DNA of 64,000 nucleotides from Dehalococcoidia bacterium (GTDB lineage Bacteria; Chloroflexota; Dehalococcoidia; UBA2979), in contig OZ219871.1 of the NCBI GenBank assembly GCA_964291495.2, positions 768,001 through 832,000 of the forward strand. The letters run 5' to 3'. The stretch's first letter is position 1; each line of letters begins with the position of its first letter. Position numbers and translations under genes: made by a program. This document shows, piece by piece, positions 9,149-21,557 of this stretch. The notes below the pieces were generated by a model, which was not told the origin of the DNA, searched no databases, and saw only the letters and a list, made by a program, of their open reading frames with translations.

Positions 9149-10284
9149 GGCAGAGGCGCCGGGAATACCTCCGGGTAGATCTTCGGCATCGCCTCGTCAA
9201 GCGCGACGGTCGTGCCGCGAATGCCCCGGGACGTGCCCCAGACGAAGAAGTCCACCTCGTACACCTCGCCGTTCTGGACCGCCTTGAGCTCGCTCCAGAT
9301 CGCGTTGTCAGCGAGCTGCTCGGACACCGGCTGCGGGGGCACAGGCCCGAACCCGAACGTCTGGACGAAGATCACGTCGGGATCGATGCTCAGCAACTGC
9401 TCCACGGAGAAGCTCGGGAACTCGCCGTGGATACAGCCGGGGAAGTCCAGGCCGTACGTCGCTGCGCGACCCAGCGCATCGATGGGCGGCGTGCACAGGG
9501 TATCGGCCCCGATGTTGACATCGGACCCGAACACGACCATGACGGACCGCTTCGTGGTGACTCCCGCAACGTATTGCTCGAGCCGGGATTCGAATGCCGC
9601 CGCCGCGGCCGCGGCCTCGTCTTCCATGCCGAGGAGTGTTCCGATTTCCACGACATGCGCGAGCATCCCGTCGACGCCGATCGGGTTGACGATGAAGAGC
9701 GGGGCGATGCTCGCGAGGCCCGGGCGCAGGGCGTCATGAACGGCGGAGAGCCCGATCACGATGTCGGGTTCCGCCTGAGCGATGTCTTCCAGACTTGGCT
9801 CAAAGAACGAGCCGCCTATGGCTCCGATCTCGCTCTCGTCCGGTCCCCAGTAGTTGGCGTCCTTGTGGAGCAGGTCGTTCGCAGCGATCGGCTTGACCCC
9901 GAGCACGAACATCGTATCGACGCAGAGCCCCGTGAGGCAGACAACACGGACCGCCGGCGCCTCCAGCGTGACCGTCTCGCCTGTCGCGTCTTCGACGGTG
10001 ATGGGCTGGGCAGGCGTCGCCGCAGGGGTTGCGGCCGCAGTCGCAGTCGCAGTCGGCGAGGCGGTCGGTGTCGCGGGCGCGGCTGTTGCAGCCGCCGTCG
10101 GCGAAGCGGTCGGAGTCGCGGGTGCGGGCGTTGCAGTCGCCGCCGGCGAAGCGGCAGCGGGAGTCGTGGGCGCTGCTGTTGCAACGGGTGTGGTGCTCTC
10201 GTCGCCATCCCCGTCGCAGGCCACGGCCAGTGACAGTGCCACGGCCGCCACGAGCGTAAGCGCCATTCGTCGAAGCATCTTCAC
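9145..10284 (-). CDS. Iron-siderophore/cobalamin-type SBP lipoprotein (Peripla_BP_2)
   Basis: Lipobox LAVAC, Ala/Thr/Pro linker, RVVCL, EPSLEDIAQAEPD, WSELKAVQNGEVYEV. Confidence 0.9.
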   Translation of the reverse strand: MKMLRRMALTLVAAVALSLAVACDGDGDESTTPVATAAPTTPAAASPAATATPAPATPTASPTAAATAAPATPTASPTATATAAATPAATPAQPITVEDATGETVTLEAPAVRVVCLTGLCVDTMFVLGVKPIAANDLLHKDANYWGPDESEIGAIGGSFFEPSLEDIAQAEPDIVIGLSAVHDALRPGLASIAPLFIVNPIGVDGMLAHVVEIGTLLGMEDEAAAAAAAFESRLEQYVAGVTTKRSVMVVFGSDVNIGADTLCTPPIDALGRAATYGLDFPGCIHGEFPSFSVEQLLSIDPDVIFVQTFGFGPVPPQPVSEQLADNAIWSELKAVQNGEVYEVDFFVWGTSRGIRGTTVALDEAMPKIYPEVFPAPLP

Positions 10285-10297
10285 GTTCTTTCCATGC

Positions 10298-10342
10298 GAT
10301 ACCTAGTCTCAGTGGCACCGTATCATATTGAGACCCTGTATC
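10298..10342. promoter_or_regulatory. Imperfect inverted repeat in the divergent iron-uptake promoter region
   Basis: GATACCTAGTCTCA-N17-TGAGACCCTGTATC (11/14 arm match), in a locally AT-richer stretch. Confidence 0.4.
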
Positions 10343-10468
10343 GTATCCGCTCGCGCCGAGCTTTCCGGCGAGCCTCCAGAAGGGCGCGGTAACGCGGATG
10401 GCGCCTGTCACGGGCCTGGGCCTGTGCCGCCACGGGCGGCGGAGGCGCGGAGACCACATGCACCACCC

Positions 10469-12201
10469 ATGATGATCCACAGGCGAATCGTGGGGCTGAC
10501 TGTTGGCGTGCGTCGGCTCCTGGCCCTCTCCATTGCGCTTGGCCTTGCCATCTCCGCGACCTGGGTCGCCCAGGGGGTGCTCGTCGCGCTGATCGTGCGG
10601 CGAATCCTCGATGGCGGTGACTGGACGGCGATCGCCGGGTTCGTCGCCGCCGTCGGCGGCCTGACCTTGCTTCGAGCGGCACTGATCTTCGCCCGCGAGG
10701 TTCTGGCGAAGCAGGTCGCAGCCGCCGTCAAGACCAGGCTGCGCGGCCGGCTGTTCGCTCAACTGCTCCTGCTTGGACCCGGCTACCTGGAGCACACGGA
10801 GACGGGCACGGTGCAGTCGGCCCTGGTCGATGGTGTCGAGGCGCTCGAGACGTATGTTGGCTACTACCTGCCCCAGGCCGTGGTGTCGGTCGTCGTTCCG
10901 ATCTGCATTGTCGGCTTCATCGTGCTTCTCGACCCGCTCATCGGCGGCGTTGTCCTGGCCTTTGCGCTGGCCGTCCCGCTGATTCCGCGAATCTGGGACC
11001 GCGTCCTGGGCGAGTACGGCCAGCGGCACTGGGCCGCGTACTCGTCGCTGGATGCCCGGTTTGTCGACTCCATGCAGGGCATGGTCACGCTGAAGGCGCT
11101 CAACGCCAGCGAACGGCGAGGGGAGGAGCTCCGCAACGCCAGCCGGGCGCTCTACCAGGCCACCATGGCGCAGCTTTCGATCTCGATGATCCGCAACGGG
11201 CTGGTCGGATTCGCGATGAGCGGCGGTGTCGCGCTCGCCGTCGCCATCGGAAGCTTCCAGGTGGCCGCCGGCGAACTGGGGATCGCCGCACTGCTGATGA
11301 TCCTCTTCCTCTCGGCCGAGTGCTTTCGGCCGCTCGTCGAACTGGATACCTACTGGCATGCCGGCTACATGGGCATCTCGGCCTCGACGGGCATCTTCGA
11401 GTTGCTCGATACCGAACCGGGGGTTGATGACGTGGCCGCCGCGCGGACCGGCGTCGCCACGGCGCCCGGCGGAGCGATCGCCCTCCACGACGTGACGTTT
11501 CGCTACTCCAACAACGCCCGCCCGGCTGTCGAGGATGTATCGCTGGAGATTCGCGAGGGCGAGACGGTCGCGATCGTCGGCGGCTCCGGCGCCGGCAAGA
11601 CCACGGTCGCATCGCTCCTGCTCCGGTTCTTTGATCCGCAGGAGGGCCGGCTGAGATTCGGCGAAACTGACTTCCGTGACATCCCCCTGGACGACCTGCG
11701 GAAGTCCATCGGCTACGTCTCCCAGGACACGTACCTGTTCTATGGGACGATCGAGGACAACCTCCGCATCGGCCGGCCCGACGCCACGCCGGAAGCGATC
11801 CGGGATGCAGCCGGGACGGCGAACATCCACGCCTTCATCCAGTCGCTTCCGGATGGCTACGAGACGATCGTCGGCGAGCGCGGCGCGAAGCTCTCGGGAG
11901 GCGAACGCCAGCGCATCGCCATCGCCCGCGCTCTCCTGAAGGATGCGCCCGTGCTCATCCTTGATGAGGCTACCTCGAACCTCGACGGCGCGAACGAGGC
12001 AGCGATCCGGGAGGCGCTTGGCTCGCTCACCCGAGGGCGGACGACCGTCGTCATCGCCCATCGCCTCTCATCGGTCGTCCACGCGGACCGCATCGTGGTC
12101 CTCGATAACGGCCGGGTCGCGGAGTCCGGCCGTCATGGGGAGCTCGTGTCGCGCGACGGCCACTACGCGCAGCTGGTTCGCGCACAGCGGGAGGGTGCGG
12201 C

Positions 12202-12205
<4 letters not shown>
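10469..12205 (+). CDS. ABC exporter-fold TMD+NBD protein (IrtA/YbtP/CydD-like)
   Basis: N-terminal TM domain, then GGSGAGKT, LSGGERQR, ILDEATSNLD, IAHR. Start reassigned to ATG 10469. Confidence 0.9.
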
Positions 12206-14013
<1,808 letters not shown>

Positions 14014-14028
14014 GCACTTCGGGCTGTG

Positions 14029-14349
14029 CTAGCGATAGCCCGCCCGGGGTGGGTCCGGCATCGCGGCGAAGTGTCGCTCTACCCGACCTGTCAGCAGCAT
14101 CGCGGCAATCACGACAAGCCACAGCACGAAGGCGATACCGCTGATCCGGTGCACGATCGTTGCGGCATCGACCCAGATGAACTGCATCGCGATGCCGAGC
14201 GCCAGCGAACCCGGCGCAATGCGCCGGATCGCGCCGCCGGCCTTCCACTGTCGCTGCGCCGCCGCCAGCAGCGCCAGTCCCGCGGCCGCGAACCCTGCCG
14301 CGCCGGTGATCCAGCGGACGTTCGCGACCGCCTCGGTCGAGGCATCCAC
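14029..14349 (-). pseudogene. Small 3-TM membrane protein, probably a C-terminal gene fragment
   Basis: Three hydrophobic segments, no convincing RBS, about 120 bp from the 73-bp repeat. Confidence 0.4.
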
Positions 14350-14460
14350 GACGCTGAGGGCGGCGGCCTCCGACGCAGCCGGCTCAGATCCGGGTCGAGG
14401 TGCCCCCGATCGAGCCGGGAATAGCGCGAGATTCTGTCACCATTGCACGAACATCGGCAT

Positions 14461-14545
14461 CACTGCTCCGGAACGACAAGATCGAGCGCGTGCCGGTGGT
14501 GGTGACGGTGGCTCTCGCGAGGCGCAGCAAGCGCGACTGAGCAAG
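14461..14545 (+). repeat. Third copy of the ~73-bp repeat
   Basis: Matches 6036-6108. Upstream CACTGCTC also matches copy 1 at 5920. Confidence 0.85.
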
Positions 14546-14597
14546 TGGCCGGAGATTCGGTCCCGCATGGTGGGCCTGGACGTACGTACTGCGGCCG

Positions 14598-16016
14598 CTA
14601 CGCCTCCTCGCCGCCCGGTGCGTCGTCCGGCGGCGCCTGGAGGTGCCAGTCCGTCGCCTGCTGATAGGCATGGCCCATGCGTACGAGTAGCGCTTCGGCG
14701 AATGGCGCCCCGACGATCTGCGCGGACAGCGGCAGCCCGAGCTCGGACGAGAACCCCGACGGCAGCGCGAGCGCGGGATACCCGAGCAGGTTGAACGGCG
14801 CCGCGTAGCTCGGCTGCGTCAGCCGCCGGTTCACGTCGGGCGGCGGGTATGCGGCCGCCGGCTCGTGGGTCATCGGCACGACGAGCACGTCGACGTCCGC
14901 CATCACGCGCGCGGCCTGCCTCGCGTACCAGCTGCGAAAGCGCTGCGCCTGGACGTAGTCGGCCGCCGAACAGAGGGCGGCGCGGCTGATCATGCCCCGC
15001 GCGCCCTTGCCGTACTCGGTCCAGCGCTCGCTCCCCATGTCCATGCGGTGGTAGGCGAAGGCCTCGCAGAGCATCGTCAGGCTGTTCGCCTCCTTCGCGA
15101 TGTCCGAGTGCGGGAGCTTCACCTCGACGATCTCCGCGCCGAGGCCGGCGAGCGTGTCGATCACCGCCTCGGTCGCCAACCGCACCTCCGCGTCGAGCTC
15201 CTCGTGGTCGAAGAAGTACTCGCGCGGGACGCCCATCCGCAGCCCCGCGACCCCGCCCTCGACGCCCGCGAGGTAGTCCTCGGTGGGTTCGGCCGACGCG
15301 GTGGGGTCGCGCGGGTCGTGGCCGGCGATGACGTTGAGGATCGCGCCGCAGTCGTAGGCCGAGCGGGCCATCGGGCCGATCGAGTCGAGCGTGTAGCCGA
15401 GGGGGACGCAGCCCCACTTCGGGACGCGGCCGTAGGTGACCTTGAGGCCGCTGTGCCCGCAGTAGGCGGCGGGGAAGCGCACGGAACCCCCGGTGTCGGT
15501 CCCGAGCCCGCCGAGCACCATGCCGGTGGAGACGGCGATGCCCGTGCCCGACGACGACCCGCCTGGACTGCGGTCCAGCCGCCACGGGTTCCGCGGGATC
15601 GGGAACGGCTTCTCCCCGTCCGGCGCGCCGAGGGCGAATTCGGAGAGCACGAGCTTGCCCATCATGACCGCGCCGGCGTCGCGGACGCGTTCGGCGACGG
15701 CCGAGTCGTAGCCCTCGCCCCATGCGCGGTCGAGGATGAGCGAGTTGGCCGTCGTCGGCTGGTCCTTCGTGGCGAGGATGTCCTTGAGCCCGAACGGGAT
15801 GCCCTGCAGTGGCCCGCGGTCCAGGCCCGCCGCGAGGTCGGCGTCGGCCTGCTCGGCCTGCTGCAGCGCGCCCGCCTCGTTGACCGCGATGAACGCGCCG
15901 AGACGCTCGTCGAGCGCGGCGATGCGCTCCAGCGCCTCTTCGGTCAGCTCGACGCTGCTCGCCTCGCCGCTGCGGAGCGCCGCGGCGGCCGATTCGATGG
16001 TGCGGGGTGTGGTCAT
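14598..16016 (-). CDS. Amidase signature family enzyme
   Basis: GPLQGIPFGLKD (Lys), PGGSSSG, GTDTGGSVRFPAAYCG (Ser-cisSer-Lys triad intact). Confidence 0.94.
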   Translation of the reverse strand: MTTPRTIESAAAALRSGEASSVELTEEALERIAALDERLGAFIAVNEAGALQQAEQADADLAAGLDRGPLQGIPFGLKDILATKDQPTTANSLILDRAWGEGYDSAVAERVRDAGAVMMGKLVLSEFALGAPDGEKPFPIPRNPWRLDRSPGGSSSGTGIAVSTGMVLGGLGTDTGGSVRFPAAYCGHSGLKVTYGRVPKWGCVPLGYTLDSIGPMARSAYDCGAILNVIAGHDPRDPTASAEPTEDYLAGVEGGVAGLRMGVPREYFFDHEELDAEVRLATEAVIDTLAGLGAEIVEVKLPHSDIAKEANSLTMLCEAFAYHRMDMGSERWTEYGKGARGMISRAALCSAADYVQAQRFRSWYARQAARVMADVDVLVVPMTHEPAAAYPPPDVNRRLTQPSYAAPFNLLGYPALALPSGFSSELGLPLSAQIVGAPFAEALLVRMGHAYQQATDWHLQAPPDDAPGGEEA

Positions 16017-16017
16017 C

Positions 16018-16221
16018 TCACTCACCCTTCGCCGGCGGGACGGGCGTGAAGATCAGCGCGGGCTCCTCGTAGCGGACCTCCTCGATGTAGAGCTTGTCGA
16101 CCAGCTCGCGCAGCGTCGGATAGCCGTCGACGAGCGACTGGAACTCCTCGTCGCTGACGGGCAGTCCCGCCGCGTCGACGAGCGCGCGGACCGTCGCTTC
16201 GACGTTGTCTGGTACGGGCAT
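16018..16221 (-). CDS. Small acidic amidase-partner protein (GatC/AtzG-like)
   Basis: 67 aa, ends EEPALIFTP. GGAGG RBS. Stop abuts the amidase start. Confidence 0.7.
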   Translation of the reverse strand: MPVPDNVEATVRALVDAAGLPVSDEEFQSLVDGYPTLRELVDKLYIEEVRYEEPALIFTPVPPAKGE

Positions 16222-16346
16222 TGGGACCCCCTCCTGTGCACGTGGCCGCAGAGCGATGCGCGCAGCATAGCGGCGCGCCCCGCGGCCCTCCCCGGATGCG
16301 TTCGTCTACTCGGTCGCGGCGCCCTCCGCCTCGTCGGCAGCGAAGA

Positions 16347-17241
16347 TCACTTCGGGGGCCGAGGCCACCATCCAGCCGCCGTTACGGGGTGGCGGCGTGC
16401 GAGGATCCCCTCCATCCGCGCGCGGATGGCGTGGTCGGCCCGGTCGGGGTGCGTGAGGATGTAGAACCTCTCGTCGCGCACGGCCGCGACGACCTGCGCC
16501 GCGACATCGGCAGGGTCCATGCCCTCCTTGAACTCGCCAGCGGCAACGGCGCCGCCCGCTGCGTCTCTCGCGGCCGTCGGCGAGCGGAGCGCTTCGCCTT
16601 CGCGGCCCGGCCGGGGCGACGCCGCCATCCGGATGCGCGTCGCCACGGGGCCCGGGCAGAGCACGGACACACCCACCGCGCTGCCGGCCAGCTGCCGCGC
16701 GAGCGTCTCCGTGAGCGCGACGACCGCGTGCTTCGTCGCCGCGTAGATGCCGTAGTGCTCACGCGTGACCAGACCCAGGTCCGAGCCGGTGTTGACCAGA
16801 TGACCCTCCTCCTGCTCGATCAGGACCGGGACGAACGTCCGGATGCCGTGCACGACGCCCCAGAGGTTCACGTCGAACAGCCAGCTGAAGGCGTCGTGCG
16901 ACTGCTCCCAGAGCCGCAGGCCGAGGCCGGCCTCGGCGGGGTCCCCGGTCGGAGTTCACGGTGACGCCGGCGTTGTTGCAGACGAGGTGGATCGCCCCGA
17001 ACGCCTCGAGCGCCTCGTCGCGCAGTCGCTCGACTGCTGCCGCGTCGCTGACGTCGGTCACGACGCCGATCACGTCGCTTCCCTGCTCACGCAGCTCGTG
17101 TACGGCGAGGTCCAGTGCGGGCTCCTCGACATCGGCGAGGACGACCCGCATGCCCTCGGCGGCACTCCGTTCGGCGATAGCGCGACCGATGCCGCTGGCG
17201 CCCCCGGTCACGACGGCCACGCGTCCCTCAAGCTCCCGCAC
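16347..17241 (-). pseudogene. Short-chain dehydrogenase/reductase with a frameshift near 16950
   Basis: VVTGGASGIG...NNAGV in one frame; WLFDVNLWGVVHG...YAATK in another. One extra base reconciles them. Confidence 0.85.
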
Positions 17242-17284
17242 GTCACCCTCCATCCGTAGCGTCACCGCGCAACCTCCAACACCC

Positions 17285-17330
17285 TTAACACACCCCGCGG
17301 GCACCCGGTGTTCATATTGCGCAATCGCGC
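17285..17330 (-). promoter_or_regulatory. 46-bp promoter/operator block shared with 25433-25478
   Basis: TTAACACACCCCGC.GGCACCCGGTGTTCA.ATT.CGCAA.CGCGC (+ strand) upstream of both the SDR and SBP genes. Confidence 0.75.
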
Positions 17331-17344
17331 CTCCGGCCCCTTCC

Positions 17345-17410
17345 CGTCATTCCGGCGAAAGCCGGAATCCAGGCGCGCCGGACCACCCGCGCGACCCGAG
17401 AGCCCCGAGC
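17345..17410. repeat. REP-like family A (CGTCATTCCGGCGAAAGCCGGAATCCAGGCGCG); other copies at 25549, 29221 (inverted), 30263
   Basis: Hairpin ATTCCGGC-GAAA-GCCGGAAT recurring in intergenic regions. Confidence 0.85.
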
Positions 17411-17479
17411 GAAGCGCTAGGGATACTCGCGGACGACGTCGACCACCTCCCCGGAGGGAGGAGGGATGGCGCTCGCTGC

Positions 17480-19264
17480 CTACGGATCCGGCTGACGGAC
17501 GACCAGGCGCTGGTTCGCCTCGACGTCGGTGATCACGGTTTCGCTGCCGTCGGGCCACTGCACACGCAGCTCGTCGACCGTGTCATGCCCCAGTCCGAAG
17601 ATCTGCTCCGTCGGATTCTGCGACACGAAATTGCTGGCGATACTGATCTCCCGCAGCTGTGTGACGCCCCCCGCCGAGAGCATGATGCGGCTGCCCGCGG
17701 CCTCCGTATTCGGCGCCCGGCCCTCGAGCCGGACACTGAGGAAGCTGCCGCCGCTGGCATCGTTTCGCCAGAGGTTCGCGCCGGTAAACGTCAGCTCCAG
17801 AATGTCGATATCGCCGTCGCCGTCGAAGTCGGCGCAGACGACGCCGCGTCCTTCACCGCTATCGTCCAACCCCAGCTCGGCGGCGTTCTCCTCGAACTGC
17901 CCGGAGCCGTCGGACACGAACACCCGGCTCTTGTCCGCCTCGAACTCGTTGGCGTAGCGATCGGCGAATGGATATCCATTGGTGTGATAGATATCGAGAT
18001 CTCCATCGTTCTCGATGTCGAGGAAACAGGACGCCCAGCCCCAGCCCCCATCGGCAACGCCGGCCTCGTCCGTTGCGTCCGTGAACACTCCCCCGTCGTT
18101 TCGGTACAGCCGGTTGCCGATGGCCCGGCGCAAACTCCCCTTCATGAGGATGCTCGACACAAACCAGTCGAGGTCCCCGTCGTGATCGTAGTCGCCCAGC
18201 GCGGATCCCATTCCGTTGTCATCGGTCAGCACCTCTACATCGGTCGCGTTGCGGAACGTGCCGTCCCGGTTGTTGACGAAGTAGTGGGTGTGGTTGTAGT
18301 CCCCGACGCTCAGGATGTCGGGGTACAGGTCGTCGTCGATGCGTGCGAACGAGGGGGTGAACGTGTGGTCCCAGAACCGCAGCGAGATCAGCGGATCGGG
18401 CAGGGTCAGGATGCTCGGTGAAATCCCTGCCTCGACGCTGACGCTGGTGAAGCGAATACCGCTCGCGTCCGAGTCGTTCCGCCACAGGTGCTCGGTATCC
18501 CCGGGCTCGCTGTAATCGCGCTCCGTACCCCAGTGGGAGATGAACAGATCGAGGTCGCCATCCAGATCGTAGTCGCCGAACGCCGCCCCGACACTCTGTT
18601 CGGAGCGCATCGCATCGAGGCCGGATCCCGCAGTGACGTCAAGAAAGACCCCGGCGCCCTCGTTCCTGAAGATCAGGCACGGGTCGCCCTCGAGGCCGCC
18701 GAGGAACAGGTCGAGATCGCCGTCACCGTCCATGTCGGCGAACATCGGTCCCGCATGGCGGTAGTTCTCGTTCGCGGACTTCGTGTTGGCCAGCCCCGCC
18801 GCCGCCGCAACCTCCTCGAAGGTCAGATTGCCGAGGTTGCGGTAGAGCAGGTTCGGGCCAATGTCTCCCCGGACGATGAATACGTCGATGTCTCCATCGC
18901 CGTCGTAGTCACCGGCCGCGACACCGCCGGGAGCGTATGTCCGATCCAGGTCGAAGCGCCCCAGGGGGGCCAGGAAGCCGGGGGCATAGGCGATGCCGGA
19001 GGCTGCCGTCACGTTGACGAAGTGCGTCGTCGGCGGCTCCTGACCACCGCAGGCGGTGATCAGGAGCGCCACGGCCAGCGCAATGCAGGATCGCTGCCGG
19101 GAGCTGTTCCAGGAGGCGCTCGCCTGGGCTCCCTGCCGCGCCACGCGTCGCACGGCTCTGCGAATCGCCAACAGTCCGTCCCCTGTCCCATGGCTGTTGC
19201 GCGGTCCCGGGTGTGCGGAGAGCGTCCATTGTAGGGACTGTGACGCGTACCCCGTTTGCACCAT
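17480..19264 (-). CDS. CRTAC1-like lipoprotein: FG-GAP/VCBS repeats + C-terminal ASPIC/UnbV domain
   Basis: Repeated GDYDGDGDID/DMDGDGDLD Ca-binding motifs, C-terminal FGLG...VQWPDG, lipobox ITAC. True start probably about 19150. Confidence 0.88.
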   Translation of the reverse strand: MVQTGYASQSLQWTLSAHPGPRNSHGTGDGLLAIRRAVRRVARQGAQASASWNSSRQRSCIALAVALLITACGGQEPPTTHFVNVTAASGIAYAPGFLAPLGRFDLDRTYAPGGVAAGDYDGDGDIDVFIVRGDIGPNLLYRNLGNLTFEEVAAAAGLANTKSANENYRHAGPMFADMDGDGDLDLFLGGLEGDPCLIFRNEGAGVFLDVTAGSGLDAMRSEQSVGAAFGDYDLDGDLDLFISHWGTERDYSEPGDTEHLWRNDSDASGIRFTSVSVEAGISPSILTLPDPLISLRFWDHTFTPSFARIDDDLYPDILSVGDYNHTHYFVNNRDGTFRNATDVEVLTDDNGMGSALGDYDHDGDLDWFVSSILMKGSLRRAIGNRLYRNDGGVFTDATDEAGVADGGWGWASCFLDIENDGDLDIYHTNGYPFADRYANEFEADKSRVFVSDGSGQFEENAAELGLDDSGEGRGVVCADFDGDGDIDILELTFTGANLWRNDASGGSFLSVRLEGRAPNTEAAGSRIMLSAGGVTQLREISIASNFVSQNPTEQIFGLGHDTVDELRVQWPDGSETVITDVEANQRLVVRQPDP

Positions 19265-19313
19265 GCGATTACGGGTCTACTCGAGGGCGCTCGCTCCGGC
19301 TGTGCCGGAGTCC

Positions 19314-19484
19314 CCCTCACCCTAACCCTCTCCCGCCGGGGGAGAGGGGACCGGAGTCCGGCTCCCTCTCCCCTCGCGGGAGAGGGCGGGGGGTGAGGGG
19401 GCCCGCGCGACAGCGCGGCCAGCGCGGCCAGTCAGGTCCGGAGTCCCCCTCACCCTAACCCTCTCCCGCCGGGGGAGAGGGGAC
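19314..19484. repeat. Cluster of REP-like family B hairpins (CCCTCACCCTAACCCTCTCCC...GGGAGAGGG); copies also near 21488, 23502, 25639, 27315, 29128, 30353-30546
   Basis: Recurrent CCCTCTCCC/GGGAGAGGG stem flanked by CCCTCACCC or GGGTGAGGG. Confidence 0.85.
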
Positions 19485-19516
19485 CGGAGGGAGGAGACCC
19501 GAGGCAAGAGGGGCCG

Positions 19517-20452
19517 CTAGCCGATGCACGCCGCGGGGCAGTTCACGGATCTGTTGCGGGTGCGCGGGTCGAGGGCGAAGCGCAGGCCGTCGCCGACGAG
19601 GTTGAAGCAGACCGCGGTGATGCCGATCACGAGGCCCGGCACGGTCGCGATGTGCGGCGCCACGCCGAGCAGCGTCCGGCCCTCGGCGGTCATCAAGCCC
19701 CACTCCGGCGTCGGCGGGCTGATGCCGAGGCCGAGGAAGCCCAGACCAGCGACGAAGATGATCACCAGCCCGATCAGCGTCGAGGAGTAGACCAGCACGG
19801 ACGGGAAGGCGCCGGGCGCGATGTGCACCAGCATCAGCCGCAGCGGCGTCGCCCCGGTCGCCCGCGCCGCGTCCACGAAGTCGCGGCCGCGTTGCTCGCG
19901 GACGGCGATGTAAGCGACGCGGGTGATCGGCGCCACCAGCACGGCGACGACGACGAGCGCGAGGCTGGGGTACGAGTTGCCCACGAGGATCGCGACCACG
20001 ATCGCGAGCACCACCGTCGGGAACGCGTAGAGCATGTCCACGAGGCGCATCAGGGTGGTCCCCACGAGGCCGCCGACATACCCGGCGACGAGGGCGAGCG
20101 CCATGCTGATCGCCATCGCGAGCGCGACCGGGATGACGGCGAGCGGGATCGAGGTCCGGCCGCCCCAGATCAGGCGACTGAGTATGTCGCGGCCCTGGCC
20201 GTCGAGACCCAGCAAGCGACCCTCCGTCCCGTACCCCTGAAGCCGCAGCGAGGATTCCGTTTCGTACGGATCGAAGGGGGCAACGATCGGCGCGGCGATC
20301 GCCGCGGCGATGATGATCAGCAGCACGATGCCCGCAATGACCGCGAAGCGATCCTTGCGGAACGCCCTCCAGGTCACGGCGATCCAATGCTCACTGCCGG
20401 CCTTCACGAGCTCAGGACCTGCCTCGCGCCCTTCCCGTCCGGCTACCGGCAT
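19517..20452 (-). CDS. ABC peptide permease, DppC-like, copy 1
   Basis: LGLDGQGRDILSRLIWGGRTS, DFVDAARATGA, LGLGISPPTPEWG. Confidence 0.92.
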   Translation of the reverse strand: MPVAGREGREAGPELVKAGSEHWIAVTWRAFRKDRFAVIAGIVLLIIIAAAIAAPIVAPFDPYETESSLRLQGYGTEGRLLGLDGQGRDILSRLIWGGRTSIPLAVIPVALAMAISMALALVAGYVGGLVGTTLMRLVDMLYAFPTVVLAIVVAILVGNSYPSLALVVVAVLVAPITRVAYIAVREQRGRDFVDAARATGATPLRLMLVHIAPGAFPSVLVYSSTLIGLVIIFVAGLGFLGLGISPPTPEWGLMTAEGRTLLGVAPHIATVPGLVIGITAVCFNLVGDGLRFALDPRTRNRSVNCPAACIG

Positions 20453-20468
20453 CGCATGGGCTCCGATC

Positions 20469-21428
20469 TCATTCCAGCCGCACGCGAGGATCAAGCAGAC
20501 TCTGGGCAACGTCCGCGATGAGGGTCATCAAGACGAAGGTGGCCGCGACGAGCATCGTAATGGCCAGGATGGCTGCCGTTTCGCGCGACGCGACCACCCC
20601 GAGGAGCAGGCCGCCGAGGCCCGGCCAGGCGAAGACCACCTCGACGAAGACCGTACCGCTGATCAGGTAGCCGAACTGCAGCGTCACGATGTTGATGGCC
20701 GTCGGTGCAATGTTGCGCGCCGCGTGCCGCCGGATCACGGCCCGCTCGTGCAAGCCCTTCGCCCTCGCCGTGCGGATGTAGTCCTGCTGCATCACCTCGA
20801 TCATCGCGGAGCGCACGAGCCGCGAGATCACCGCGGTCGGCACCGCGGCGAGGGTGAGCGCCGGCAGGATCAGGTGCAGCCCGAGATCGCGGAGCCCGCC
20901 TGGATTCCGGGTATCCCACATCCCGGCGGCGGGCAGCCAGTCCAGGTGCAGGGCGAAGAGGGCGATCAACATCAGGCCGAGCCAGTACTGGGGCACGCTC
21001 GCCGCCAGAACCGACAGCGTCGTGATCGATCGGTCGGCCAGGCTGTTGGGCCTGGTCCCGGCGAACACGCCGGCTCCCACTCCAAGCGCCGTGCTCGGCA
21101 CGAAGGCGGCCACGGCCAGCACCAGGGTGTTCTTCAGCGCGTCCCACACGAGCTCCGCGACAGGGGCCCTGTAAATGACGCCGTATCCGAAGTCGCCCCG
21201 GACGAAATCGCCGAGCCAGACGACATATCGCTCATACCAGGGCCGGTTCAGCCCCATCTCCTCCCTGAGTTGCTCGAGCGCCTCCGGGTTTCTCGAGGCC
21301 CCCCACACGCCGAGGATTTCGCTCGCCAGGTCTCCGGGGAGGATGGCGACCAGCATGTAGGTCAGGGCGCTGATACCCCAGAGGACCAGGAGCGTGACTG
21401 CCAACCGCCGGGCGAGGAACCGTCCCAA
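20469..21428 (-). CDS. ABC peptide permease, DppB-like, copy 1
   Basis: LPGD, GDFG, QDYIRTARAKGL, VEVVFAWPGLG. Confidence 0.92.
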   Translation of the reverse strand: MGRFLARRLAVTLLVLWGISALTYMLVAILPGDLASEILGVWGASRNPEALEQLREEMGLNRPWYERYVVWLGDFVRGDFGYGVIYRAPVAELVWDALKNTLVLAVAAFVPSTALGVGAGVFAGTRPNSLADRSITTLSVLAASVPQYWLGLMLIALFALHLDWLPAAGMWDTRNPGGLRDLGLHLILPALTLAAVPTAVISRLVRSAMIEVMQQDYIRTARAKGLHERAVIRRHAARNIAPTAINIVTLQFGYLISGTVFVEVVFAWPGLGGLLLGVVASRETAAILAITMLVAATFVLMTLIADVAQSLLDPRVRLE

Positions 21429-21557
21429 CTACACACCTCCGGGCGCGCGCGACGCTCTGCCTGACTCCTCCGGCTGCGCCGGAGTCCCCCTCCCCCTCAC
21501 CCTCTCCCGCCGGGGGAGAGGGGACCGGAGGGAGGAGACCCGAGGCGAGAGGGGCCG

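Noticed and set aside
9800-12061. 753-aa minus-strand ORF, and similar long ORFs such as 573-1781, 23677-25368, 46166-47815
   Set aside because: Antisense shadows of well-supported genes in high-GC DNA, with no motifs.
14598-16221. gatA/gatC call
   Set aside because: No gatB, and the context is catabolic; kept as a generic amidase.
19314-19484. Repeats as a CRISPR array or tRNA
   Set aside because: GC hairpins dispersed at many intergenic sites with irregular spacing; no cloverleaf. They fit REP-like elements.
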